Below, in pieces: positions 11,901 to 26,900 of a DNA stretch of 51,853 nt. This DNA is from Phoronis australis (lineage: Eukaryota; Animalia; Phoronida): contig NMRA01000059.1 of the NCBI GenBank assembly GCA_002633005.1, positions 171,939 to 223,791 of the forward strand, in the 5' to 3' direction. A program made the translations under genes and the position numbers. Under the pieces are notes generated by a model. That model made no database searches. It was not told where the DNA came from and saw only the letters and a list, made by a program, of their open reading frames with translations. Within the stretch, counting starts at the first letter, position 1. Each line of letters opens with the position of its first letter.

Positions 11901-14900
11901 CAGTCCTCACATAACAAGATCTCGTCTAACACAAGTTCCAGATACGGATCCGCAAAGAAAAAAATTGCCGTCACAATGACACCTAGAATCCAATTTTAGC
12001 CAAAAACAACAAGCTTTAAGTTTTTGGCCAAATGTATCAAATACTAGCAGTGGTGTGTGTATAAATAACCACCTCATGACAAAGTAAAGCAAGGAATGTA
12101 ACCAGTAGTGAGTGTATCACTAACCAACACCAATACTTATAGCAAAAAATATGCTAAGTAATAATCACACCAGACTGTGCGGCAAGTCCAACACGCCATT
12201 CAAGCCACTATTTGATGTAATATACATCTTCAACAACCAATAATGTTACGCATTCTGTTGAATAATTGGTGAATAGCAATTCATTTCATCAATACTCACG
12301 TCTTTCTCAAGTCTTCAGCTGCCTCAGCACACCCAACATTTGAACAGTATATGGGTCTATTGGCCACAGCAATGATCCATGGCTGATTCTGACGGTTCCT
12401 TGCTGAGTTTGCCTTGTCCAGATCTTTCTTCATCCAGGTGAGCATGCGATCCAACTCCTTACCCTTATCACCAAAGAGTGGCACCTCTGTGCTAAAACTT
12501 AAGTAGACGATATCTATTGAGGGCAGAGTATAGGCTGCACTAAAATCATATTAACCAATGGTCACATTTTCTCTGATATCTTTTTAAATACTGCTTCTCA
12601 TCTCATAAAACCAAAATTTTTAAATTAGTAGATCATCACAGATCCTAAATGTTCAATAAATTAATGAGGTCATTATTGATGAAAACTGTGGAAACTCTCA
12701 TCCATCATCAGTCAGCTGTCTTCACTGAGGACTTCATTTTAAAATTTTATCTTCTTTTCACAAAGAACAATGATGAGATTTGTCAGATACAAAATAACAG
12801 AATAGCACCACAATTACTGGAATATGCTCAAAACCGACAGATAACATCATCTCCTCGAAATGCTCTTCCATCCAAAAATATAGAAATACTCACGAGTACA
12901 TTGAAAAGTAGCATGTACTGCTCTAGTTAAATAAGATTATTCAAATCTGTCCATCGGTTCAAACATACCCTTACCCCACAAAAAACACTGAAATGCCCCG
13001 CCCCTCTGGTCCTGAGGAGGGGGCTAGATTAAAAAAAGGCATGCACTTGACAAGGATGCCCTGCACCCTTGTGTCAAATTGCATCAAGATACGACAAGGA
13101 GTTGTTGAGATACTGTCAGAGAAGACAGGCAGCCAGAATGACGACAATATGCAACCACTATATGGTATATGTTTGGGTGCACATAAGGTACACTTAGAGT
13201 ACAAAGACCAATGTAGAAGTAGGACCTTCACAAACAGACAGTAGCCTAGTATACCATCAATCATTTACATGTAAAGTGCAGAACCTATTCAACATAATCA
13301 TGTCTCTATCATCCAGGGAAATGTTAAACCATATCTGCAAATATTTGCACCTCTTTAGGGAGTGAAGACGGCTACGCATGGAACTTCATACCTTCTGTAT
13401 CATTCAGAGCACATAACCCCTGCATGAACCTTCTGTATCATTCATAGCACATAACCCCTGCATAAACCTTCTGTATCATTCAGAGCACAAAACCCCTGCA
13501 TAAACCTTCTGTATCATTCAGAGCACATAATCCCTGCATAAACCTTCTGTATCATTCAGAGCACATAATCCCTGCATAAACCTTCTATATCATTCAGAGC
13601 ACATAACCCCTGCATAAACCTTAACCAGTGCCTTTGTTTCACGAGCAGTGAATTCTGAATGTGAACTATATCTATTTGTACCAGTCAAATAGTAAAAGCA
13701 GTTAGTGTGATTGTTGTTTAAGTGACATACATGAGGTCATAGTCAGTATGTTTGGCATGATAACGTGACATACATGAGGTCATAATCAGTATGTTTGGAA
13801 TGATAATGTGACATACGTGTGGTCATAGTCAGTATTTTTGGCATGATAACATGACATACATGAGGTCATAGTCAGTATGTTTGGCATGATAATGTGACAT
13901 ATGTGTGGTCATAGTCAGTATTTTTGGCATGATAACACGACATACGTGAGGTCATAGTCAGTATGTTTGGCATGATAATGTGACATACGTGAGGTCATAG
14001 CCAGTATGTTTGGCATGACAACGTGACATACATGAAGTCATAGTAAGTATATTTGGCATGTTAAAGCATCTCAAACAGGCCGCCTCTTAGCTTTATATAC
14101 CAGAGTCTCCTAAAGCACATAGTAACTTGACAGCGCCAGCCTACAAGCAATACATCTGACTTTCTAAATTATATGAGGTAAATTACCTGATAACATGGGC
14201 AAACCCAGGTACGTCAAAACTATACCACAGATCAGTCATTGGCCAGGTGCCTCCTGTCATGGCGAAACACCTTTTGTATTCATAGAACTTGTCTTCTAGA
14301 CCTGGTTGAAAATTGAAACAGAAACCATGGAAACCGTAAAGAATGGCAAAACACATCAAGTTGTAAGATGCCAAGTTCAGGTCAAGTACTAAATAGAAAC
14401 AAAAACAACAGTTACCATAAATTATCCCATCAAAAGCAACTCATTTAACAAAATCAAATTCGCAAACATTTAAAAAAGGAACTGAAATCATTTCTCCAAA
14501 GTCATAGTCAAGGTCATCCACTACCATTGTTGTTACGATAACCATCAATAAAAGCCTAGTCCAACTCACCGTCCATGCCTGGTGTGGGAAAGTACGGCAC
14601 ATAAGCTGCAAGGTCAGATGCGTTCCACATCATATGGTAGAGGGTTGAGCCACACAGGTTGGTGCCAATATCAAACACTCCATGATATTTGCCTTCCTTG
14701 ACACTCCCACTGAGCAAGGCTAGTGTGAGTGGAGCTTTTACATGAAGATTATTTTGGAGCAGGAAGGTTGGAGACCAATTGCGCTGGAAAAGACCCAAAT
14801 AATTTGAAAAACTTTTAAACACCTTTAACAGAGTTAAAATTTTGTCAACAAAAACATAGCACAAAGGTCAGCAAATGACTGGAAAGTGTGCAACCTTCAA

Positions 14901-17900
14901 GTAAAATATGGAAATCAGCATCAGCACACAACAAAGAATTTGACAACTAGAATACGTCTTCTATCCCAACACAGTAGTTGGGGACGAAAGCTCGTGTTTC
15001 TAGTTGATAAGTGGGCAAAGGAGTCCTTGGGATCTACGTCACAGAAAGTGATGATGTTGCGCACTGTCGCAAAAATCACACCACTTTTTGAACAATGCTT
15101 AAATAACCAACCACACTGAATAAATAGATTTCACAGATGGATTATCAAGTGAGCAGGGAGGATACATGATACTTCTTTGTTTAGTTAAGACATATCCATA
15201 ATTGTCTGCTTCAATTAAGCAATATACAAGCAACTGGTGCAACGAACTGGTACATGTGAGTCAGTGGTTGTAACCTACTTATAGTTCATGACGGCTAATG
15301 CAGAGTTGTTTACGGATAATTTCTTGTTTGTGTTAATGTGACTTCAAAAGCAAAAGCTGATGCTGACATAGAGAGGCACAGGCTTCGAAATAAGTTGGGG
15401 TGCAGACCCCAACAACTTACTCAGGTGTCGTCGTCTCTCAAAAACATTTGCCAAATTTTACAACAAGAGCAACGCAGAGCATTGAAATGCGCCCACAATT
15501 GCACCGTATACGGTATCCTTCTAGGGTTGTTTATTGGTACCATGACGTGGCCAGTAGAGGGCATATATGTAGTATATTGTACTTTGCAAAATGGAAAGGC
15601 ATGGTCATTGTCTCTTCAATAGGCTAGGAGCAAAATGTGAGTGATCTTCATAATACAGGCACATCCTGTACATCAGTTGCTTAAAGCACCACAGAAACAT
15701 AGAATTAAAAACAAATTTACCAACATACGAGATTAGCACAGCATTAGAATGCCCGAAACAAATTTCTACTTAGAACTTTTCCTTCATAGTCACGAAGTAA
15801 CACAAAGTATACACCTTAAGACCTATGAAAATACAGAGGTCAAAGTAAAATACTTAAATTGCCACAGAGGCATACCGGTAGTCAGAATCATCCTAAAGTC
15901 GTCATCGTCTGTTGCCAACATCACATAAATACACTTGCTAAATTTAGTAAAGATCCTGCGAACGGTTTAGGAGATACAGCCATAGGCGCAAAAAAAAACT
16001 GCCACTAGGAGGCGCAACAGTAGTCCAAATCGTCTGAAAATCATTGTCAGCTGTCTTCTTTATAGTAAGCACATACATGCCAATTTTCACAATCATCCTT
16101 TGAGTGGTTTGGTTGATAGAGGGGTGGATGCAAAAATACAGACTCGAAAACAGTAAAAATGGCCACTAAGTGGCGCAAACTATGTCGAATCCATCTGAAA
16201 ACGGGAGGATAGCGTCATCTCACTAATACCAAATTTCATGACAATCCGTTAGGAACTTTTGAAGATACAAAGGTAAGGGTAAAAAACTAAAATTGCCACT
16301 AGGGGGCACATCGGTAGTCAAATCCGTCCGAATGTTCGCTCATGCCATCCCATTCATAAATGGAACATATGTGCCAAATTTCATGAACGTATGTCAAAGG
16401 GTTTTGGAGATAGAGCAGCGGACACCGGACAGACACCGCCCGAACGGACGGACGGAGATGACGGCATAATGCGTCCACATATAAATATGTGGGCGCATAA
16501 AAATTGGATAGGTGTTGCCATTATCTCCAATACAAGTAATTTGCTGAATTTCGTAAAAATCCATAAAAGAAATGGGCACACACATAAACAAACGTAAAAA
16601 TAAAACAACCACTAGCGGGTACACCAGAAGCTGGATCTGTCCAAAAATTGCCATCATCTAACAGCTTCATAGGCACACCTGCNACGTATGTCAAAGGGTT
16701 TTGGAGATAGAGCAGCGGACACCCGACAGACACCGCCCGGACGGACGGACGGACGGACGGAGATGACGGCATAATGCGTCCACATATAAATATGTGGGCG
16801 CATAAAAATTGGATAGGTGTTGCCATTATCTCCAATACAAGTAATTTGCTGAATTTCGTAAAAATCCATAAAAGAAATGGGCACACACATAAACAAACGT
16901 AAAAATAAAACAACCACTAGCGGGCACACCAGAAGCTGGATCTGTCCAAAAATTGCCATCATCTAACAGCTTCATAGGCACACCTGCCAAGTTTCAAAAG
17001 TGGTTTACGAGTGGTTTAGGAGATAAAGCACCAGACCTGGACATGGGTCGTAAGTGAGGCTCACAGTCAAACTTGAGAATCAAAAGATCTGTTTCCTATC
17101 AACTCACAGCATCACTGACTTTAGCTTGCCATGTCTTGAACTTGTACATATTTTTGATGAACCCAGTTTCCATGTTACCATTTTTCACATCGTACTTGTA
17201 AAATCTTGATGGATCCAGATCCTGAAAATTTAAAATTGTACATAAGTAGTGAGCAATGCTCTCAGGGCAAAATCAAATAGAATCCATTATAACATATCAA
17301 AGTAACTCCAGTCTGAATCATAATTCTTAATATCAATATTATAATATGGTACAAAGGAAACATATTATACAATTTCAAATCTCAATAACTGACCTATCTT
17401 CATTTATTAAAGGCTTTTAACAACATAGTTGTGAATTTCCACAATTTCTCAAAACATTGTCTTATGACAGCAATCATAAATTATTTAGTTTATGATGTGA
17501 CTACCTATTAGTGAAAACCAAAATTCCACTCGCCATATAATGTCCTAAATTCGTGAGATCTTACTGTGACAGACAAATGAATGTGTTCTGTGACAGTGAA
17601 GTAACACAGGCAGGAACAAGGTAGAGATCAAGGCCAACCCAACATTGTGAACATTGCAGTCTTGACTAACAACAAACTATGAACCATTTGAAAGCCCAAG
17701 AACTTTTAATCTGTGAAAACAAGTTGAGAATAATTTTGTAAGAGTAGTGGTTTAAGTCCTAACTTTTCTAAAGGAGGGAATGTAGTGTGGGCAGCAGTAA
17801 CATGATGATGAGTGACTAAGTTCGTATTTCTAAGCAGAGCACTAGTTCACACACACGCATGCACGCACGCACGCACACGCACACACACACACACACACAC

Positions 17901-20900
17901 ACGCTGTAACATCTGATCAGACTGGTTGACCACAAGTCACCACAGCTACTTGATCCTGGCAGGAGTTTATTTCACATTATTTTAATTCTTTCAATTACAA
18001 AGACATTCTCTGTCTCTGTCTGTACTTAATGGTAGTCTCCATGACTTCTTGTCAAAAGGTCCAGAAAAGACGATTTGCCCATATATAATGACAGTCTTTC
18101 TATTTCAAGCATTTTGTTAAGTCCAGACAAAAACACTCTATCCCAGTATTTAAAAGCAGTCTGTCTAACCTTCTAATTAATTCATATGACTACAAATATC
18201 ACAGTCACTAACACATGCAGTCACTATGATATACAGTAGTTATTATACAAATGCAGCTCTCTACACCAGCATGTACTGTACCAGCATGTGTTACACTGTC
18301 ACTACAAATGGTCAACTGGTGCATTTTAAAAGAATTGTTCTTGAAACTTTAAAATTATTGGGCATACTAGTAATCAAACTCCTGGTAATTATGAAATATC
18401 CGGGATCCAAGTCTAACAGTTGTTAGCTGTTCACACAAATTTAGAACTATCCCTGTCAGTATTGTGACACATGCAAAACATGGAGTTCCTTTTAGAATCT
18501 TTTGGAAAAAGTCGTAGGTTTCTGTGTCAGGCATACTTGGCTCAGTAAAATTTTCAAAGAACAGAATCTATTTTAGAATAAAGACACATAAAACTTACTT
18601 ATCACTTGATTACATCATTTATACATTAATGCCACCTAGAGGTAATACAACAGGTTTGATGGTGAATTGAAGCGAGAGGGCTGATTCTCTGACAGTTGAT
18701 AAAACTAACTAAAATCTTTCACTGGTGTAATTTCTCAGTGAATCTGCCTGGTGAAGGCTGAGGTAATCCTCTTAAATCAATAGTTGACAGTCAATATCTG
18801 CCAGACACAGTCAATTTAAGGATGTCATTAGACACTGATAACTTAGAACTATTCAAATTCCGCTCTATAACTGTCACTGTATGGGTGAAATAACTAGAAG
18901 ACAGCTTGGGCTGTAAATCACCTTGAAATGCATACTTATGGACCAGTCATAATAACTGATCAATCACAATTGTTGATGAGACATAGTAATTGACCAATCA
19001 TGAATATTGACCAGTCATCAATTCTAATTTCACTAAGTTCAAAGAGGTTGATGAAGAATCAATCCTCAAAGTTTCCCACATCAATATTTTTCAAGCCAGG
19101 ATCATGAATTTCAAAATAAAAAAATCTAGTTAGTGGCCGGAAATCTTCATGTCAACCAACTTGACAGCGATCAATTGATTAAAGAACTAAACAGCATGTA
19201 ACCGTAGTTACAATACTTACTATACCTGTGGAGAGACCAGCGTTACAACACATATGTAGAGCACGTGTTGTAATGCTGTAAAATTACAAACGCTGTAACC
19301 ATACAAACGCTGTAAACTTACACCTTACCATTACAACATGTGTTCTAGATAGTAGAAGTCTTACAACTTACGATTCTAATACGTGCATTACATAGTAAAC
19401 TTACAATTTACCCTTACTTCACGTGCTTGCGGCTAAATCACAATCAAGGTCCATATTCGAGAGTCGACTACGTTACGGTCTAAAATACATTTTTTGAGTC
19501 ACTTATCAAATGTCAACTGAATCTCAAATGCAAAGGGTTATTTAGTTGCTCAAGTTAAAAATATGCATCAAACTCGGACAATGTTTGAGAAAATTATGCA
19601 TGTTTATGTCTATGAATTTCATGCATTTTTTGAGTCACGAGTGGCCATTTTAAAAATTACAATTTTCAACTGTCAACATTAGAAAAGAAATTTATTTTAT
19701 TAAGTAAGCAATTGCTTGGGATAACTTGAGCCACTTTCAGAATCACTCAGATGAAGGTGTGCTTAATCATTGAGAAAACCTAGGCTTCATCATAAAACAG
19801 GCACTCATTACGAAATTTGTAAATTTTGTGTTTCTAACCCTCACCTACAGTAAAGGAGGTTAAAAACTAAAGTTCACACTCTGTAATAAAAAGAACTCAG
19901 AATATGTTAGCCTAGGCACCACAGCAAATTATTCAATATCTAAACAAACCAAAAATTTGGATATTGACAGTGTTCTGCTATGTTGAAAATGGGCCAAAAA
20001 GAATTCAGTAACACAAATGGTCATTGCAAATGAAATTATTGCATTTTACCGTAATCGTTCGGGTTAACGCCCATGCTCAGTTAACCGCCCATCCCCGACT
20101 TTAAGTGGATTTTCGATTTAACCGCCCACTGCTCGGTTAACCGCCCCCCTGCGATTTTTGAAGATTTCCAGTTAAGCGTCCACCTCTCGGTTAAGTGCCC
20201 ATTCCCGACTTTTAAAGAATGAAGATTTAGCGCCCAGTGCTAAGGAAACGTGTGATTTCCCGACTTTTAGAAAAAGATCGATGATCACAAAGAGCGCAAC
20301 GACGCCGGGCTTCCGAGACGGTGGTTTAGCAATGTGAATTACAATTCAAGTAACGAGTTATTGTCTTTGGTCATGGACTCACTTCAAAATATAATACTTG
20401 AACGTTTTTGTCACTTTATTTTCTTCCCATGTTTGCAAAGTTTAAGAACGCCGCCGGCGTCAAAACCTCCGCTTTCAGCGACTTTGTCTGCCGCGCTGAG
20501 TTTCCATCTGTAGTGCACAAGATAAAACATATATTCGAAAAAATCAGGCCAGAGAAATGTGATAATGGTTTTGCCAACCCTCCAAATTCTATTAAGGTGG
20601 GAAGCTCTCGTATTTTGAACAAATCGCACAACTCACGGAAAGATGTCAAATTCTCAATATTTTGATGAATGTAACTCCCAGGTTATAGAGGATGTGTGGC
20701 GACCAAAGGGACAGTACAAGTGCCTTACTGGGTTACCGATTTCGTTGCTGCATATCGATTTCTGAATTCAAAGGTTGATAATAATGTATGTTTGTGTATG
20801 ATCTTGAGGTAATAAAAAACTGCTAGTCAAATTTTGTTTTTCGCGTATTGCATCTCAGTCAAACTGGCGTTAGCAGATTTAACTAATGTCGCTGGCTGTT

Positions 20901-23900
20901 TACTATTTCTTGCGTCAGCCCCCACGTAAGCGTGACTGTGTGAATTATCGTTTCCACATCCCCTTTTTAGCCATCCAGAATAATTTTGTTTATACATTGT
21001 CCAGTTTCAGCCTCAACAAAAATTCTTACCATTCTAGTCTGAAATATCTACGACGTATACTGACTGAAAATTGGCGATAGTGGGTAAGAGATGCACGCAG
21101 CTAGCTACGGGCATGGGCGTAGGGAACATCCAGCCGGGAAATATCGGAATAGACTTGACATCGCAGTTTTGGGGAACATTGGCAATGGAGGAACATCGTA
21201 AAGAATTGGGTCTTTTGTAGCAACAGCTTAAAAGTACATAGTCAAGCCCGTTTTTGATACTTAGGACTGCCGCTATTCTCTTTTGCGACTTTGTAGTGCT
21301 GCACGTGCGCAAGTTCCCACACTTTGGAGTGCATGTTACCTTGACACCAACATGTGATTGACAGGTGACTCACACGTAGGCCCTACGTGCGTGCTGAAAT
21401 CCCGCCGCTATCTTTTGCCATAAAAAAACGAGGTGCATATATCGAAAGAGGCCGTTATATTACTTGACGGCATTTATAAATCACGATTGTCAGCCGACTA
21501 AGACATTGCGCGCTAACAGCCTGACCGAACAGTGCCGCAGTGCGATTTTGCAAGTGATATAAATAGGATAATCTGGACATCCTGCATGAAAAATAAATGT
21601 TTTTCCACCACGAAGTTTGGTAAGGTGATCGTTTAAGAATGAATTGAAACATCGCTGTTTTGTTGCGTTTATCACATATTTATGCCGTGGCTCGAAGTTT
21701 TATTGTTGGTTGACGAGTGGCTCACCCCGATTCTTGTCTTAGGCCTACTTCTTTGCCGAGCATGTTTGGCGCAACGGCAAGTGAAGAATGCCGGGCGGTC
21801 GAGATAAAACAGCTAGCCGCAGAACCATACGCTGAAAATGTCATTGAGTCACGGAGTGTCGACATCCCAAACACAAAAAACATCTGAATTCAGTTTATCA
21901 AACTTTTATTACAACTAATTTTAAAACTGCTCTCTGACAATGAACTTGGCAGCCAGTACGAGACTGTAACCATAAATTTGATGTCTGCTGTGACCTCTCC
22001 AACACGTGAAGCTTGCACGCGCGCACTTTAATTAGCAAGGTCGCATCTTGAAATATTTGCAATCCAAGTAGAGGCTGCGTGGTCTCTGGTCGTCTGCGCT
22101 GCGCAGGGCAAAGTAACAAGACCGCAGGACGGCACGGGGCTTTTACTCAGCAATCCTGTAAATTTAATAGTGAATAACTAATCTGAGGGCAAGAGAACCT
22201 TTTCATCCGCTGTTATGAAATTTTCCCCGTCATGTGGCGACGTGACCATAACGCTCTTTGAAAAGTGCTACGCGTTCCGAGTGCGTGTGTGGTGTGGGGA
22301 CTTAGATCACGAGGTAACATTAACCGCCCAGGGCGGTTGCCTGTCGTAATAAGCGCCCATGTTCGGTTAACCGCCCACCCTGGATTTCTTGAAATTTCAC
22401 GTTTAAGCGCCCATGTCTGGTTAACCGCCCACCCCCGAATTTTTGGGTTTGCCAATTTAACCGCCCAGGGCGTTAACCCGAACGATTACGGTATATAACA
22501 ACATGGTGCTTATTATCATCAAAGAAAAATAAATGGCCATACAACATTATGATACCATGTGATGCAGAAACAGTGATGAAGTGTACGTACCCCCCTTTTG
22601 CAGTGTATGTATCCCTATGTTTACAAATGCCGTGAAATTAACATATCCCTTGGTAAGTGAGCAACATTGGTCCTACCTTAAAAATGTTAAGTTAGAAGGG
22701 TGTTCATTGCAAATATATTTGTTTTGAGCGAAATATTAGCATTTGTGTAGTGCACGTACACCTATATTTTAATTTGTGCCCATTTCCTAGTATGGCAGAT
22801 ATGCACATGAATGCTGTGTTTTTATTTTTTCTCTTTGAACTGATTTAGTAAATCAACTAACTTTCAGTAGATTCTTAGTATTTAGTTACAAGCCTGACAT
22901 TCATTGAAATGTAGTGTGCAGTGTACACACCCCGATGTGAACAAATACCATGAAACAAAAATATTACACTTTAAGTAAGCAACATTTTTCACAGACACTT
23001 TCCTCCATTAAAAATGCTAGGCTAAACCGGTGTTAATTACAAATACATTTGTTTTGAGTGAAATATTAGCATATGTAGTGTACGTACCCCAATATTTTAA
23101 CATGTGCCTGTTTTCAAAGAATGACCAACAGATATGCACATGTTCTCTTTGAATAGATTTGGTAAATGAACTAACTCTCATTAGATTCTAAGTATTTTTT
23201 ATAAACCTGACAAGTCATTGAAATGTAGTGTATGTACCCGTGTAGTGTACGTACCTGCAACCTCTTTGCTATAACTTAGCTAGTAAAACCCTAGAAGACA
23301 CGTCATGTGACAACTGATGTTGTTGAGGCAAGTTCTCTATCTCTCAAGACAACTTGCAACAAACCAACAAACTCGAGACCATCCCATACATTAAGTTACA
23401 AATGTATGGGATGGTCTTAGTCAAAATTTGACGTTGATTGACTGTACGTAGTGTACTTACCCCCCAACCAGTACCATTTTTACTGTTTAGAAGTTGAACA
23501 CTGGGCTTTAACTACTTTGACCAACTGGTGAATGTGTTGAAAACTAGGCAAATAGCACCAATAAAGTTTTTGAAAAGGTAGTTACTTGTCATTTTCTTTT
23601 TGTAAGAATCATATTGCAAGAGAAGAAGTTCTCCTTACACTGTATTAAGATATGCAATGTATCATCATCTAGAAGAAATTGATCAGCACGGTAATAACTT
23701 TTCTTACTTTAGTATGTGATACTTCTTCAACTTGATCAAGAACTTATTAAATTAACAGCTACCTTATGAATTTTTGCATGGTAGAAATGGGCTGTGACCA
23801 CAAGTTGTACTGTAAATACTCTTTTATACAACTGTGATGCATTGGACCGTAAAATTTTATTCGGTGGTTCTTGTGCAAAAATATTTTGGATTACAAACCT

Positions 23901-26900
23901 GGAATGATGGTACCTTAAAATAACCCAGCTTTTACAGTTATACAACAACCTTCATTTTTCACCAAAAGTGGCCACCGACTATGGTCTTTTGGACCTTGAT
24001 TGTGATTTGCCTGTCTACATAGTAAACTTACTTACAACTTACCATTACAATATGTGAATTACGTAGTAGACTTACAATTTACTGTTACAACACATGCTCT
24101 ACACAGTAAACTTACAACTTACCATTACAATACGTGCATTACATAGTAGACTTACAATTTACTGTTACAACACATGCTCTACACAGTAAACTTACAACTT
24201 ACCGTTACAACAGCCTTGTTCCAGTAGTGCGGCTCTCCTGCGATGTACTTATCAAGGATGTGCTCAGCCCGGAACACTCTTTTGTGATTATCGCCGTTTA
24301 CAGGCAACTGCACCTGATTGGATATATTGAAGTGTGATCCCCATACTAGCACCATCTCTGACGGGTCCTTGCCCAGGGACAGGTGGATACCCTTGGGGGA
24401 TGGGTCCGTCTCTACAATGACGTCATAGAGGTGTGTAAAACTGGACAACAGAATGACTAAGCCTCAAGCATTAATTCTATTTAATTATGTTAATGATAGC
24501 ACACCAAGTAATGAACAACAACACACTTGTTAATAGGAATGGTATATTGCTTCATGACTAGGCAATTCAATGATTTAATGATGTATGCACAATCAAGGTT
24601 CCTTTAGGGTAGGGACAAAATGTACCAGTGTGTGGGGCAGTCACAACAGGAATGTGTGAAACAGTCACATATGCAATGCTTGTCCAATGGTTAGTTATTA
24701 CAAGAATTCCTTCAGTCTCAAAAGTAAGCTTCATTGCTAAAAATATGATTCACTACTGTTTGATGACAACGTTACGGATTACAAATATAATAATGCTTAT
24801 GACAAAGTATAGTTATTTTACTTTTATTAATTTTCAAAAAGCAAAATTTGACAAATTTAAAGCCTAGTGCTGGCTTATGACAGTGAACAAGGAACATAAT
24901 GAAACATAACATAATGATTGTGGTCACCAAGTGAATGGGCCAGTTCCAGCCACAACTGAACAAATAGACATTTAGAATAGCCAAGACTACTTACATGAAT
25001 TATGGTTACTAAATGTATTCTACTATGAACATTAATATTGAAGTATTTCACACATCTGTTTGAATGGAACAAACATGGAAATGCTGGACACAAAGACTGG
25101 AGACATAAACTAGAGGCACCCAGCCATCCACACACAGACTTAACTCAGAACAAGTTACTCCTTAGGTGCTGTCTGGAGGCTATTTAAACTACCCTTAACT
25201 TAACCCACTTATGACAACTTACTTCACCTTATTGAGGTGGGGTAACGTGTTCTAGGGTAACTTTCGCCACATGTGCGGCCACAAAAAGGGGGTAGGGCAG
25301 AATAATTATCAGCTGCAGTTGCATACAGACGGGTCTCGACTCTTCTTTTGCATGCCATTCATTGTAACACAGGAAGGGTCAACAACTTCCACTTTACCGT
25401 TATCGGATGAGTGTGTGTATGTGTGTGTGGACGCTTCACTTAAAGTGAGATAAGCTGCACTAGTGCAAGTTGTTCTAGGGTATGCCCTGTGTGTGGATGG
25501 GACTTAAGCTAAACAGAGACACAATGAGAAATGTTGACATTAGTAGACCTGGTACCCTGGATAAAATAACAAAATACTGTAGAAACATGTGAATTATGTG
25601 AGGACTATAAGAGGCAAGTCTTGCAGAAAATATGGTTAAAACAATTAATGCAGACAGAACAAGTCATTTCTTCATAACACAAACCTTAGAACAGTGACAC
25701 ATTACTCAAGACACAGAATTTTCAATATTATAACAGCACAGTTGGATCAACTGTTCAAAACACCTTGTAGTATACAGGGGTTAAGGAACAACATTCTTGT
25801 TCTTTTCAGATGACCATGGTCATTGTTGGATTGCAGCCTGAATACACATACTAGTAGGTACATCTACACAAATAGATCTTGCTCTTATCAGTAGTGTCAG
25901 TTAGCCCTGTGAAGTTGAGACATTATTTTATAACTACCAGTACTTTCTAGATTAATATTCAATTTGTCTGTCTGTGTGTGGTCTCTCCAACAAATGTTTT
26001 CTTGTACACCACCTCTTAATTAACAGAATTTTCCACACCACTCCACATATATAAAATATGAACAATTATGCCAAGAACCCTTGTAACTTTTGAGTGTATA
26101 TAGTGAGCTCCACAGGTAGATAGTGGGTAATATATGTAGGCAGAGGGTTCTCTTCCACATAATGAGTAGTGAGGTACCACTGCACATTCAAAATATCTAG
26201 ACCACTGAGAAGTTGAGACACAGTTTAAAGTAAGAGATTAGAGACCAGAGCCAGAGTAACTGATAATGACTGAGACCAGACAGAGTAACTGATAATGACT
26301 GAGACCAGACAGAGTAACTGATAATGACTGAGACCAGACAGAGTAACTGATAGTGACTGAGACCAGACAGAGTAACTGATAGTGACTGAGACCAGACAGA
26401 GTAACTGACATGGGCTTTTCATGCTGACACCGATGCTTCGATGTTTTGGGGAGTTGGGGCCAGCATGAACGCTTAACTTCAGTCCCAGATCGAAGTTAAC
26501 AGCGCCAGTTAACTTCAGAGTAAACAGGTGGATTTAAGAGCTGCAGTGCAGTATGAATGGTCAACTTTGGTTATCGCCTGGTGCCACTGTTATCATCAAC
26601 AAGTACAGGGTAGTGTCGTCACTAATAGTTCCTTATATTTTGCTCTAGTAATCACCAATCGAATTAAAAATAAGTTTTAAGTAAATTAGCACATGTAAAT
26701 GTTCCCAAATTGTCACATTAAAAAAATCTTAGCATGCAGCGCTACTTTACGATTACTTAGATGACAACAGTGTCACCTACTGTTTACTTTGATGTCCGTT
26801 AACTACTGAAGCCAGTGTAAACGGTTTAGTTAACTTCACAGTTTACGTCAACGCTACACAGTTAAGTCAGTATGAAAAGGCCTACAATGACTGAGATCAG

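Noticed and set aside
13390-14060. Regular 38- and 43-bp repeats resembling CRISPR arrays (also 26240-26409 and 49925-50135)
   Set aside because: Head-to-tail units with no unique spacers, no cas genes, and a eukaryotic intron context.
16387-16987. ~300-bp tandem duplication with paired ORFs
   Set aside because: The copies meet at an N (16683) and differ only by SNPs and GGAC unit count, indicating a contig-overlap or haplotype artefact.
20049-22491. Autonomous transposase gene
   Set aside because: Only ORFs under 100 aa, with no recognisable HTH or DDE motif.
8996-24456. ACP7-like locus as a pseudogene
   Set aside because: Eight consecutive exons keep frame and canonical splice sites, and the structural motifs are retained while the metal ligands are lost, which is unlike neutral decay.
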